DNA from: a virus
DNA length: 64,000 nt
Direction: 5' to 3' (one strand)
Virus record (IMG/VR): IMGVR_UViG_3300029118_000005
This document shows positions 8,850 through 18,200 of the stretch, piece after piece (position 1 is the first letter of the stretch; each line of letters begins with the position of its first letter). The translations under genes were made by a program, and so were the position numbers. The notes under the pieces are model-generated. The model made no database searches and was not told where the DNA came from. It saw nothing but the letters and a program-made list of their open reading frames with translations.

Positions 8850-9437
8850 ATGAGGAATCGAGTAGCTGATACTGAACGACTTATAAAAGTTATAATTTAT
8901 GTGCGCAAAAATGCAGGATTGTCACAAATGGATTTGGCAAAAGCACTTGGAAAGAGCGTAGGAACAATAAAAAACTGGGAGAATGGTCTTGGTGCGCCAG
9001 ACTTTCCAGCGCTGCTAGAATGGTTTAACAGATGTGGTGTCGATGCAGAAAAATGTCTTATGGCTATCTATGACCCTAATAAGTATGAACGTATTTATCA
9101 CCCTAAAAAAGATAGTGAGACACTGTCTGCTCTGCAGGAATACTTAAAGCACGAAGACGCTGAGTATCTGAAACGTCTGTATTACAATGTCTTTTGTGAT
9201 ACTGGGTCTGATTGGCACGCACAACTTGATATGCTTACGGCATTAAACAAATTGCCGCTTGCTGACCGTATAACGTCAGCTCAAGCATATCTCGACAATT
9301 TTCTGATTCGGCAGGCACGCGGTGAGGTTAAAGATGCTTTTATAGAGCCTGACTTGAAACATTTAGAAGAATCAATACAGCAAGCAAAGCAATCTGTTTG
9401 CGAGAGAAAAGATTCTTATCTTAATAATTTGAAATGA
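8850..9437 (+). CDS. XRE-family HTH regulator
   Basis: GAAGGGTGG RBS 8 nt before the ATG at 8850. HTH LSQMDLAKALGKSVGTIKNWENG. Divergent from the SSB-like operon. Confidence 0.75.
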   Translation: MRNRVADTERLIKVIIYVRKNAGLSQMDLAKALGKSVGTIKNWENGLGAPDFPALLEWFNRCGVDAEKCLMAIYDPNKYERIYHPKKDSETLSALQEYLKHEDAEYLKRLYYNVFCDTGSDWHAQLDMLTALNKLPLADRITSAQAYLDNFLIRQARGEVKDAFIEPDLKHLEESIQQAKQSVCERKDSYLNNLK

Positions 9438-9453
9438 TAGGGTGTTCCCTATC
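9436..9453. terminator. hairpin between convergent genes (bidirectional terminator candidate)
   Basis: GATAGGG tgtt CCCTATC, flanked by A/T-rich runs. Confidence 0.55.
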
Positions 9454-9456
9454 ATT

Positions 9457-11757
9457 TCAGTTGGAATAATAATAAATTGCAACAGCTTTTTTCCATCCAT
9501 TTCCACTATCAGATGTCTGAACATAGATATCGCCTTTTCTTCCGTCGCTAATCGGCTCTGCTGTTCCAAACGATATAGATGTCTCGTCTAATATGCGATA
9601 TTCTTTTTCGCTGCTGTCGTACAACATCAGTGATCCATCTTTCCTGTTTAAGCCAATCCATCCTAGCGTTGTTCCACTTCCACTAAATTTTATGTATGAT
9701 GCATTTCCAACTCCATTAAGGTCTAACGCAGTAGTTATTCCTGCGGTTATTCGTAACGATTTTTCAAAAACTTCCAACCTAGCGCTAAAATCAGTATTAT
9801 CTGCGTTCCACTCATGGAAATCCAAATATTTTCCAATCTCCATCACACCAGTCTGGTCAATCCATGGAATTGCGTTCGAAATATTCTTTGAGACATCAAC
9901 TATTTCCATTCCGCTCAATTTTTTTGAGTTTCGGGAATTCTCAACTGTCGTTATTAAATTTTCAAAGTTTCCAACATGCAATATTGCGTTATTGGTTGAG
10001 CCGTCGTTGATGTATACATCTTTTTCGCTATTTGACACGCCAGGGAATAACACTATATCATTCGCTGATGTAAGACTTAAGTGTTGTGAACCAGTTAAAC
10101 GTAAATAGCCTTTTGTTGTTATAGCCATATCTTCATCACCAATGCTTATCATTGCTTTGTGCAGATATAGTTCACCAGATTTCATTCTTGTACCGATCAT
10201 AACACTTTCTGACGTTGCACTAATTATAAATTCCTCCGTATCTGACGTTGGACTAATTACCTTAAAGGTCTTATTAAAAAATGCATCTAGTCCAGTAATA
10301 GTGCCTGTGGTGATACTGGCAGCATCTAAATTGATGATAGAGACCTCTGAGGCATCTATAACGCCTGCTGTTATTTTATCAGCAGACATATCCTTAATTT
10401 TCGCATTGGTAATTTGCGCATCACCAATCATTGCGCTTGTTATCCAACCCTGTTGGATATTTGCTTTATCAAGTCTGGCAAATAATATATTTGCATCATT
10501 TACCGTGATTGAGCTTGCCTGCAAGTTGGTGATCTTTGCATCTACAGCGTTTAACTGATTGAATGTGGCTTTTTTTGCCGTAATTTCTTGAAGGCTAAGA
10601 ATATCATCTTTAACTCGTTGCAACGCTATTTCAGATGGACTTTTCACCTCTTTTTCTTCAAAACCATAGGATGCCACTTCTGACAGCAAACCACCATCAA
10701 ATGTAATGGTGTGCTGCATCACTGGAACATCTATAAGATTATTTTTGGCATCAACTATTGTAACAACATCACCTACGTCAAGCCTTGGATCTCCCATAAA
10801 TGAAAATGACACTGGATAATAGCTCATATCCTTTATTTTTTTAAGGATTTTATTGAGCCATTCCTGTGTCATTACTGGATTGCTTAAATTTGTATTTATA
10901 TTTGTTCCTGACTCATAATGATTATTCTCTGTATCACAGCTGATGCCTGAGATTTGGCACATCGTTTCTGATTGTAGCAGATCATCAAAATATCTATTGG
11001 TCTTAATCAGATACGTGTGTGATTCTTTTAAAAATTCAATTGTATTATAAATGAACGATAGGTTCTGGTCTTTTAAATAGCTGCCTGCTGTATCACCTAT
11101 TTTCCCCGAATGGTCAGTTGTTAACGCTTCGTACCATCTAAACGTTACTTTTCCGTTTCTATCGCATGTAGCAAATGTACCATGGAGTTGTGCGATGTAT
11201 CCAACCACCTGTTGCATCGTAAAACCGTCAAACGGCTCTTTGTATGTTTTCTCTCCCGACTGGTCGTTAACCGTCAATATTTTGTCAATCATCAAGCTAT
11301 CAGATAATTTGCTTGTGTCAAACTCAACACCTGTCTGTTCACTTATATCAGTCAAAAATTCTTTGCTTTCTACTGGATACTTCACAATTTTACTTTTATA
11401 TGCTTTAGCTAACTTTGACTCTAGCCTGTCATATGCTGTAAAAGTAAGCAGATTTCGGTCTTTTTTTTGCTCTTTTATTGTAAAATACCCCATTGGTATC
11501 CATTCTATAGTGCTATCAGCTGTTGCTCCGATTTCAAATCTTACTTCCGTACCTTTTACAAATTCTTGCGATTTTGTAAACATAGATACTTCTATTTTGG
11601 AAGCTATAGCTCCACCCACATAAAAATAGCTATCAGGAGTTGAGAAATTTGTTTGCACTATCTCTTGGATTCCATCTGATATTCCGTTTAGCCTTGCGTA
11701 GAACGTTCTTCCGCTGCCTGATATAACTTTATCTAATGCTTCTGATACCTGATACAT
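9457..11757 (-). CDS. large tail structural protein (phage minor structural protein N-terminal type; Tal/tail-tip-like)
   Basis: Start trimmed to MYQVSEALDKV, with a GGAGGAGGG RBS 7 nt upstream. The 766-aa size and N-terminal pattern resemble the 'phage minor structural protein, N-terminal region' family. Last gene of the tail module. Confidence 0.7.
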   Translation of the reverse strand: MYQVSEALDKVISGSGRTFYARLNGISDGIQEIVQTNFSTPDSYFYVGGAIASKIEVSMFTKSQEFVKGTEVRFEIGATADSTIEWIPMGYFTIKEQKKDRNLLTFTAYDRLESKLAKAYKSKIVKYPVESKEFLTDISEQTGVEFDTSKLSDSLMIDKILTVNDQSGEKTYKEPFDGFTMQQVVGYIAQLHGTFATCDRNGKVTFRWYEALTTDHSGKIGDTAGSYLKDQNLSFIYNTIEFLKESHTYLIKTNRYFDDLLQSETMCQISGISCDTENNHYESGTNINTNLSNPVMTQEWLNKILKKIKDMSYYPVSFSFMGDPRLDVGDVVTIVDAKNNLIDVPVMQHTITFDGGLLSEVASYGFEEKEVKSPSEIALQRVKDDILSLQEITAKKATFNQLNAVDAKITNLQASSITVNDANILFARLDKANIQQGWITSAMIGDAQITNAKIKDMSADKITAGVIDASEVSIINLDAASITTGTITGLDAFFNKTFKVISPTSDTEEFIISATSESVMIGTRMKSGELYLHKAMISIGDEDMAITTKGYLRLTGSQHLSLTSANDIVLFPGVSNSEKDVYINDGSTNNAILHVGNFENLITTVENSRNSKKLSGMEIVDVSKNISNAIPWIDQTGVMEIGKYLDFHEWNADNTDFSARLEVFEKSLRITAGITTALDLNGVGNASYIKFSGSGTTLGWIGLNRKDGSLMLYDSSEKEYRILDETSISFGTAEPISDGRKGDIYVQTSDSGNGWKKAVAIYYYSN

Positions 11758-11832
11758 AGTGTTTCCCTCCTCCAAGGATTTTTTCGTATATAAAAATACC
11801 GCAGGTATTTTGCCCACGGTATTAAAAATTCT

Positions 11833-12873
11833 TTAGTTCATGTATTTCTGATGCTTGAATTTTACAGTTTGGCTATTTCGCTTTGCGTAAATCATCGTTG
11901 TAGATATATCAGCATGCCCCAAAAGCTGCTGAACTTCCGTGATGTCCATTCCTCGCTCCAAGCAATCTGTTGCAGTAGTATGACGGATCAAGTGAGGATA
12001 AACTCTTCGGTTAACTTCTGATCTTTTCCCGATCTGTTTGATAATCTTTTCTACTGCCGGCTTTTTAAGTCTCTCATACGGTGCTCTTTCTCCAGTAAAA
12101 AGTGCTTCTGAATCGCCTTTACGACTTTTCAGATAGTCAATTAGCATAAGTTTAGCTCTTGCACTTAGGTAACTTGTTCGATGTTTATTTCCTTTTCCAA
12201 AAAGATATACTTCACACCGTTCAAAATCTACATCTTTTTTGTCCATTCGGATGAGTTCAGTAACTCTACATCCAGTACTATAAAAAAATTCAACAATTGC
12301 CTTTTCTCGAATGGTTCTACAAGCCTTTCGAATTTGTTCCATTTCTATAGCCGTTAGCGGAATAGGATCTTTTTTTTCGTAATTGATTACGCTTATTGCT
12401 CTGCATGGGTTTTTGTTTAAGTATCCTTCATTTGTTCCCCATTCAAGAAATGTGTTTAAAACGGTTCTGCGTCCGTCAAGTGTACGATTACTTATTTTCC
12501 GCGTTTTCTGAAGTGTATACAGATATACTCTTAAATCATTTGGTGTTATCTTCTCTATCGGTTTTTGTATGTCCTGTAGCCACTCAAAAAAATTCTTTAG
12601 GTATATCATATACTGTCTAAGGCTGTCATCGCTCATACCTTCGATTTTTTGGCTTACTATGTATGCCTGATACCAACTTGGCGTAAAATCCTCATACAGA
12701 ACCACTTCTGTATTCCTTTTTGTTATCTCGTAGTCATCAATATGCAGCTCAATGATTGTTTGCACGTCTTTTAGGAGATCTGATGGGATAATCACGCTAA
12801 GTTTTGCCATTAACTCACTTGTAAAAATTTCTTTCACTTTTTTGTCCTCCGTACTTGAAAAAATGGGAGGCAT
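11833..12873 (-). CDS. XerC/XerD-like tyrosine recombinase
   Basis: Catalytic pattern GCRVTEL (R) ... KGNKHR ... HLIRHTTAT (HxxR) ... LLGHADISTTMIYA (H, Y), with an N-terminal SAM-like core-binding domain. A GTG at 12837 with a GGAGGA RBS may be the real start. Confidence 0.85.
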   Translation of the reverse strand: MPPIFSSTEDKKVKEIFTSELMAKLSVIIPSDLLKDVQTIIELHIDDYEITKRNTEVVLYEDFTPSWYQAYIVSQKIEGMSDDSLRQYMIYLKNFFEWLQDIQKPIEKITPNDLRVYLYTLQKTRKISNRTLDGRRTVLNTFLEWGTNEGYLNKNPCRAISVINYEKKDPIPLTAIEMEQIRKACRTIREKAIVEFFYSTGCRVTELIRMDKKDVDFERCEVYLFGKGNKHRTSYLSARAKLMLIDYLKSRKGDSEALFTGERAPYERLKKPAVEKIIKQIGKRSEVNRRVYPHLIRHTTATDCLERGMDITEVQQLLGHADISTTMIYAKRNSQTVKFKHQKYMN

Positions 12874-12883
12874 AAAGTATAAT
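12855..12883 (+). promoter_or_regulatory. candidate sigma-A promoter facing away from the recombinase gene
   Basis: TTGAAA (12855-12860), 17-nt spacer, TATAAT (12878-12883). No protein-coding ORF of substance lies downstream. Confidence 0.35.
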
Positions 12884-12910
12884 GATTTTTGTCAGCAATG
12901 ACAGGTGTGT

Positions 12911-12956
12911 GAGAGCTGTTCCGACTGCCAGGAAGGAAAACAGCTCTCCTTTTTTA
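12911..12956 (+). terminator. plus-strand intrinsic terminator with no upstream plus-strand gene
   Basis: 10-bp perfect stem GAGAGCTGTT/AACAGCTCTC, 18-nt loop, then CTTTTTT. On the minus strand no U-run follows it. Confidence 0.5.
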
Positions 12957-13083
12957 TACCCATCTTTACCGATTTATCACTTGCCTTTTGCCTATGTAAT
13001 ATTTATGTTACACCATCATCATAGAACACATTGGACAAGAAGTCAATCCTTGTGCAGCTTTTTTAATAGGATTTTTATATTTT

Positions 13084-13647
13084 TTATAATTTGGAAATTT
13101 TTGCCAAGCAGCCCTTAGACTCATTTTTTATCATTCGTAGGTCTTTGTAAAAAGAATTAAACAATTCAAATTCGATTTTTATTTTAGATGCTGTATTAGT
13201 TATATCAGTAATTTCAGCATCATCTTCTCTTTTAATTAAAACAGAAATTTGGGTTGGGTTTCCGTGTTGTGAAAGCTTAAAATATCCAGTTTTTTTCCAT
13301 TCATTTCCAGCACCAATATAAGCTCCATTGAACGCATAATAATTCCACAAATATCCATCAGCAACTTTTACAAAAAACGTATTTGGCAACCCATCAATAT
13401 TTATAATTCCTGTTCTAATTCTGTTTTTAACGTCTGTAGGCTTACTTGATGCCCAACTACCATGAACCCATATTCTACCGGCTAAAAGATTATACTTGTA
13501 ATCAAATAATGCACCATTAAAAATTGTATTTTGGCTACCTAAATCCTGTTTTACCTGACTTATTTCTTCACCCTGCGATTTTGTTGTTTGTTTCAACGTT
13601 TCTACATCTTCGAAACTTGCTAGATTCAATATTTTTGTCTCTGCCAT
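13084..13647 (-). CDS. tail-module protein (possible fibre/receptor-binding component)
   Basis: 187 aa. Assigned only by position at the distal end of the tail gene string; no recognised motif. Confidence 0.4.
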   Translation of the reverse strand: MAETKILNLASFEDVETLKQTTKSQGEEISQVKQDLGSQNTIFNGALFDYKYNLLAGRIWVHGSWASSKPTDVKNRIRTGIINIDGLPNTFFVKVADGYLWNYYAFNGAYIGAGNEWKKTGYFKLSQHGNPTQISVLIKREDDAEITDITNTASKIKIEFELFNSFYKDLRMIKNESKGCLAKISKL

Positions 13648-13660
13648 GCAATTAATCTCC

Positions 13661-13978
13661 TTACTCAGTTGTGACTTTTACGGCTAAACAGCCTTTAGCT
13701 GCATTGTAAAAAAACTCAATTCCACTTCCGCCGGCCTTTGTTTTTAACGTTGTGTCTTGTTCATTGTTTTTTAATTCAATCTTTGCTAGCCTATCTCCAA
13801 CTACTTTAGATTCAGCTGGTGCATCTGGCTTTTTTAGTGTGGTATCAGGAACATCACGGAATGACGTCCTAACATTGTCCCCTGTGACTTGTCGTACACC
13901 ATCCTGCATATCGTAGACAAGAAAGGTGTCTGATGACTCTACTTTTGTTTTCTTTTTATATTCAGTCCAAAGTCCCAT
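13661..13978 (-). CDS. small tail-fibre-like protein (paralogue A)
   Basis: Shares DTTL..P.APAESKVVGDRLA and the C-terminal GIEFFYNAAKGCLAVKV with the neighbouring gene. A DxTL...A(D/E)(A/S)K.VGD motif recurs in Firmicute phage fibre proteins (from memory). Confidence 0.45.
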   Translation of the reverse strand: MGLWTEYKKKTKVESSDTFLVYDMQDGVRQVTGDNVRTSFRDVPDTTLKKPDAPAESKVVGDRLAKIELKNNEQDTTLKTKAGGSGIEFFYNAAKGCLAVKVTTE

Positions 13979-13987
13979 ATCATCACC

Positions 13988-14245
13988 TTACCCCTCTACC
14001 TTTACGGCTAAACATTGCTTTTCTTCGTTGTAAAACAGTTCAATTCCTATACCAGATACTTTTCCAGCAAGTTCATCTCCGACCGCCTTTGCATCCGCAA
14101 CTCCACCAGAAACGCTTAATGTCTTGTCAGTCTCTAATGGATGCCGATTATAATATTTCTCTACCGCGTTACTGATCTGTTCATCAGTAACGCCACCATC
14201 TCTTAACTTTTGGATTACAATTCCAAGCACATCCTCTGGTTTCAT
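13988..14245 (-). CDS. small tail-fibre-like protein (paralogue B)
   Basis: DKTLSVSGGVADAKAVGDELA ... GIELFYNEEKQCLAVKV; paralogous to 13661..13978. Confidence 0.45.
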   Translation of the reverse strand: MKPEDVLGIVIQKLRDGGVTDEQISNAVEKYYNRHPLETDKTLSVSGGVADAKAVGDELAGKVSGIGIELFYNEEKQCLAVKVEG

Positions 14246-14258
14246 TGCCGCCTCCTAT

Positions 14259-14498
14259 TTATATTTTGTTCCAAAGCTGCGTTGACTCTTCAAATTTATA
14301 ATAATCGCCAGTATCACTTGCCAGAAAAGAGCTGCCTGTTGCAACATACGTAGGCAGCTTGCCTACATCTTTTGCAAGTCCCTCATAACTACGTATATTG
14401 CCTTGCGCAGACGTGCATACCAATGTACCCATATCCGGCACTTCTTGACCAGGCTTATAAAACTGTCCATCTTGTTTCACCATATAATCATATGTCAT
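14259..14498 (-). CDS. hypothetical tail-module protein
   Basis: 79 aa. The N-terminus MTYDYMVKQDGQFYKPGQEVP resembles that of 24725..24907. Confidence 0.4.
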   Translation of the reverse strand: MTYDYMVKQDGQFYKPGQEVPDMGTLVCTSAQGNIRSYEGLAKDVGKLPTYVATGSSFLASDTGDYYKFEESTQLWNKI

Positions 14499-14878
14499 GC
14501 TTTTTTCGCCTCACTTTCCTCAAGCATCATGCTAATTGCTTCAAATTCAAGCTCTGATGCTTCTATGTTTTCAATCAAGCTAATTGGAATTTTGTAAACA
14601 TCTACGTCAACTTCAATTCCATCCAGTAATTCACCTAACTCTGATTCTAGGTTTTGCTCCATTCCCTTTTTGGGCACAATGTCGCCATTTTTCTTTTTAT
14701 CGCAGTACTTTTCAATCAATTCATTTCTTGATTCTTGAAAAGGAATCGCAGCTTTATCCAACATTTCAATATTGTGGTTGATTGCATAAATTGCCTTAAT
14801 TGGTTTCCTTACACCATTGTTTTTAAACGATAAAAGTCCATTGATTGTTTTTACTAGTGCTCTATTTGACATCTTCAT
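14495..14878 (-). CDS. hypothetical tail-module protein
   Basis: 127-aa ORF with a 4-nt overlap onto the next gene. Confidence 0.4.
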   Translation of the reverse strand: MKMSNRALVKTINGLLSFKNNGVRKPIKAIYAINHNIEMLDKAAIPFQESRNELIEKYCDKKKNGDIVPKKGMEQNLESELGELLDGIEVDVDVYKIPISLIENIEASELEFEAISMMLEESEAKKA

Positions 14879-14887
14879 TTTGACACC

Positions 14888-15253
14888 TCATTTTTCAATA
14901 AAATTTGCGGCAACGCCAACATATCTGGGCAGTATATCGGCGTATGAATACACCGGATATGTTGGCGTTCCAACATAAAATTTGCGTGTTTCTGTTTTCC
15001 CAGACTTCGGATTTCGGAAAGTGATCGGAAAAAATGGTGGTTCTATTGCAGCAGCAAAAGCTGCTGCTTCTTCATCATCCAAAGGCGCCAGCGTAAGATT
15101 TAACTTAATTTTCTTTGCTTTGACGTCACCTTCCATATCGCCAGACGCAACTCGCCCCGTATTGCGGCTCCAGATGATGTTATCTGTTATCGTCAGATCT
15201 TTAGCTTTCAGCTCCAATCCACTTATGATTACAGTTTTTACTGGGCCATCCAT
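14888..15253 (-). CDS. tail protein in the distal-tail-protein position
   Basis: 121-aa ORF immediately after the tape measure. Positional assignment only. Confidence 0.45.
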   Translation of the reverse strand: MDGPVKTVIISGLELKAKDLTITDNIIWSRNTGRVASGDMEGDVKAKKIKLNLTLAPLDDEEAAAFAAAIEPPFFPITFRNPKSGKTETRKFYVGTPTYPVYSYADILPRYVGVAANFIEK

Positions 15254-15270
15254 TACATCGTTTCCCTCCT

Positions 15271-18200
15271 TTACGTTAAAAGTTGTGCCTTGCCTGTCTG
15301 CATAACACGTGAATTATTCTCATTCTTCACTACTTCAAAAATGCGCCTTGCATCGCCTTGAAGTGTGACATTGACGGTTACATTTCCGCCGCCACCCATT
15401 TGCGACATTGCAGCTTGCATTCCTTCTGCTACTGCACTTTGCATCACGCTTGCAAGCTGCGATTCGTTGAGTACTTCTGTCCTGCTACCTACATGACCTA
15501 CAAGTTCCGGTCCGGCTTCTCCTGCAATAAACATCGAACCTGCATTTACAGTACCATCTGCATATCGTGGGATGGTGCTAAAGCTTGACATCAAGTCTTT
15601 TATAATAACTCCTCCGCTACTAAATTGTGGTATGCTATGCCATCTTCCACCGTAAAAGGCTCCGCCTGTAGATTTTTTAGTACCTGAAACTATGCTTGAA
15701 ATAAAACCTGTTATCCCTGAAAGAATTAGCGATACTCCAGATTGTTTCTGAACCTGATTAACATATCCTAAAATTCCACTGAACCATTTTCCGGATATTG
15801 GAATTGAGTCTCCCAATGACGTTACCCAACCTGTTAAACCGCTGAACCAACGATTGTTTTCTGGAACTCTATTTTGGAAGTCTGTCATCCAACCTGTTAA
15901 ACCGCTGAACCAACGGTTATTTTCTGGAACTCTATTTTGGAAATCAGTCATCCAACCTGTCAGTCCACTAAACCAACGGTTGTTCTCTGGAACCCTGTTC
16001 TGGAAGTCTGTCATCCAACCTGTTAAACCACTAAACCAACGATTGTTTTCTGGAACTCTATTTTGGAAGTCTGTCATCCAACCTGTTAAACCGCTAAACC
16101 AACGATTGTTTTCCGGAACTCTATTTTGGAAGTCTGTCATCCAACCTGTCAGTCCACTGATCACTCTATCGGTAATTGAATCTTGTTTGCTTGTCAAATT
16201 TGCTACCAAATCAAGTTTTTTTGCATAGTCTGGAAGTGCATTTTTAGCACTCACAACATTTGCTGATGCACCTTGGATTGTCTTGTCTTTTTGGGTAAGC
16301 TCACTGGTATCAAGTGATCCTGCCTTTAAATTTACTTTGAATTCCTTATCAAACATGTCAGTTAAGGTATTGCTGATTCCTAGTGCAAATTTATCAGATT
16401 TTAAAGATTCAGTTACGCTATCCAGTGTATCTCTCAGCTCATCTGCAAGTGATTTCCAAACTCCGGTCAACTTAATCCCTTTAAGCTTTTGAATTAAGTT
16501 TTTTGTATTGGTTGTTGCAGATGAAGTATTATCTCTATAGCGTCCCATGGCCACTTGCAATTTATCTACAGTCTTTCCAGATGTCTCGACAGTTCCATTT
16601 AGTGATTCCATGCTTTCTTCCATTGTTCCGAATTGAGGATTCATTTCTCGCATGACTTGCCAGAGTGCTTCCTCGTCTTCTGTAAGATTCTGAAAGTCAA
16701 TGGAACCATCTCTCACTTTTTGTAAAAACTTATCAAAAGTTTTTTCCCAGGTCTCGATTGTTCCACCGTATACATCCACTCTTGATAAGAGTCCATTTAA
16801 TATATCAGCTTTCCATGAGACAGAATCATCTATAAATTTGGTTTTTAATTGCTCAAGAGCAACTACGGCATCGCCGTAAATCTTAGAAGCATCCTCTAAC
16901 GCACTTGAAAATCCCTTTTGAATAGCTGCGTTTTTCTGCGTTTCAATAAGTTTTTCAAGTGTATCTTTTGTTCCTTGGTAAGCTGTCTGTATGCTTCCAA
17001 TTTCCTTAGCAATATCTGGTGCGTACCTTGAAATTTGTTCGTAATAAAATTTGAACAAGGACTCATCCTGCGCTGATAAACTTCCATTTTTTTTAAATTT
17101 TTCATTGATTTCCCAAAATTTGTCCAGTGAATCCATCGCCGAATCAAAATTACTAAGCTCATCTTGTTTAAACTTTGGCCACTCAACATTCAGCTTCGAA
17201 ATAGCTTTGTTAAGGTTATCAGCTATAGCGGTATACTTTGTGTCATTTCCCCCAAATATAAGCCCCCATGCTGCCTCAAATAATCCAAAAAACGTGTTGA
17301 CAACTATATTTGCACTTGTTTTTAAGATTTCGCCCCAGTTGATGCCCTTAATGAAGTTGTTTATATCAACTCCAAGAGATCGCCAATTAAATGTTGCTGC
17401 AAACTCGTTAATTGCGGATAGTGCACCTTTAAATGCCTGACCTAGCGCTTTTCCTGCTTGGCTAAAATCAGTCTTAGCCAAAAAAGTATTTGCGGAATTT
17501 GCCAGTTCTGAGCCTATTCTTTTCCAATCAACCGTTACTGAGAAAGTCAGCAATGATGAAGTTGCTGTATTTATTCCATCGGATAGCATTGTGCCGATTG
17601 CTTGCCAATCTACCTTGTAAAATACGCTGTTGATTCCGTTTGAAAAATTTCTGGATATTGAATTAAAATCAATTCCTTCTATTCCTGTTGTTAGCGCAGA
17701 TGTGATTCCGTTGATTCCAGTTGCAATAGTTTGTCCAGTTTTTGTGTAGTCTCTATCTGCAAAAATGCTATTGATTGTACTTGCAAGCGCATTACCTGCT
17801 TCCTGCCACCCTGTAGTGCCGCTAAAATTGATTTTAGACATATCTACTACAAATCCATCAAGGAAGCTCCACAAAGCCTTGTATTTGGCATTCAGAGTCT
17901 TTCCAAGACCATTCCAATCAATAGTAGCTATCGCACTTCTAAGTCCACCTGACATAAATTCACCAAGTGATGCCCAGTGAGTTGTGTCAATAAAGGTATT
18001 GATTGCACCTACAGCTGTGTTGACTGCTTCTCCAAGTGTTCTTCCGACGCTCTTATCAAGGCCTTCCGTCTCAAAGAAACCGTTTATGAACGTTCCTGTG
18101 ACTTTGGCAATTTTGTTTGCCTGCTCCTTGATTGGCTCCCAGTCAATGGAATCAAGTGCATCACGGAGTTTCGTTCCAACTATTTTACCGATGTCGGTAA

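Noticed and set aside
12882-13118. 78-aa plus-strand ORF upstream of the recombinase
   Set aside because: The product is low-complexity (HHHH run). The ORF spans a terminator hairpin and has no RBS. The region is better explained as regulatory or non-coding.
9457-15253. Shufflon or invertible tail-fibre switch driven by the embedded tyrosine recombinase
   Set aside because: No alternative fibre C-termini are encoded on the opposite strand. The plus-strand ORFs 9593..10108, 10142..10558 and 11195..11623 are antisense artefacts. No flanking inverted repeats were found.
15781-16158. Possible CRISPR array (regular direct repeats here and at 30037-30210)
   Set aside because: The repeats are contiguous with no spacers. 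One set is in-frame coding sequence and the other is a set of origin iterons. No CRISPR-like repeat-spacer structure was seen anywhere in the window.
15854-16228. 124-aa plus-strand ORF with repeated LFSGTLFWKSVIQPV
   Set aside because: It is the antisense reading of the 63-nt tape-measure repeats. The other plus-strand ORFs inside 15271..20835 are likewise antisense artefacts.
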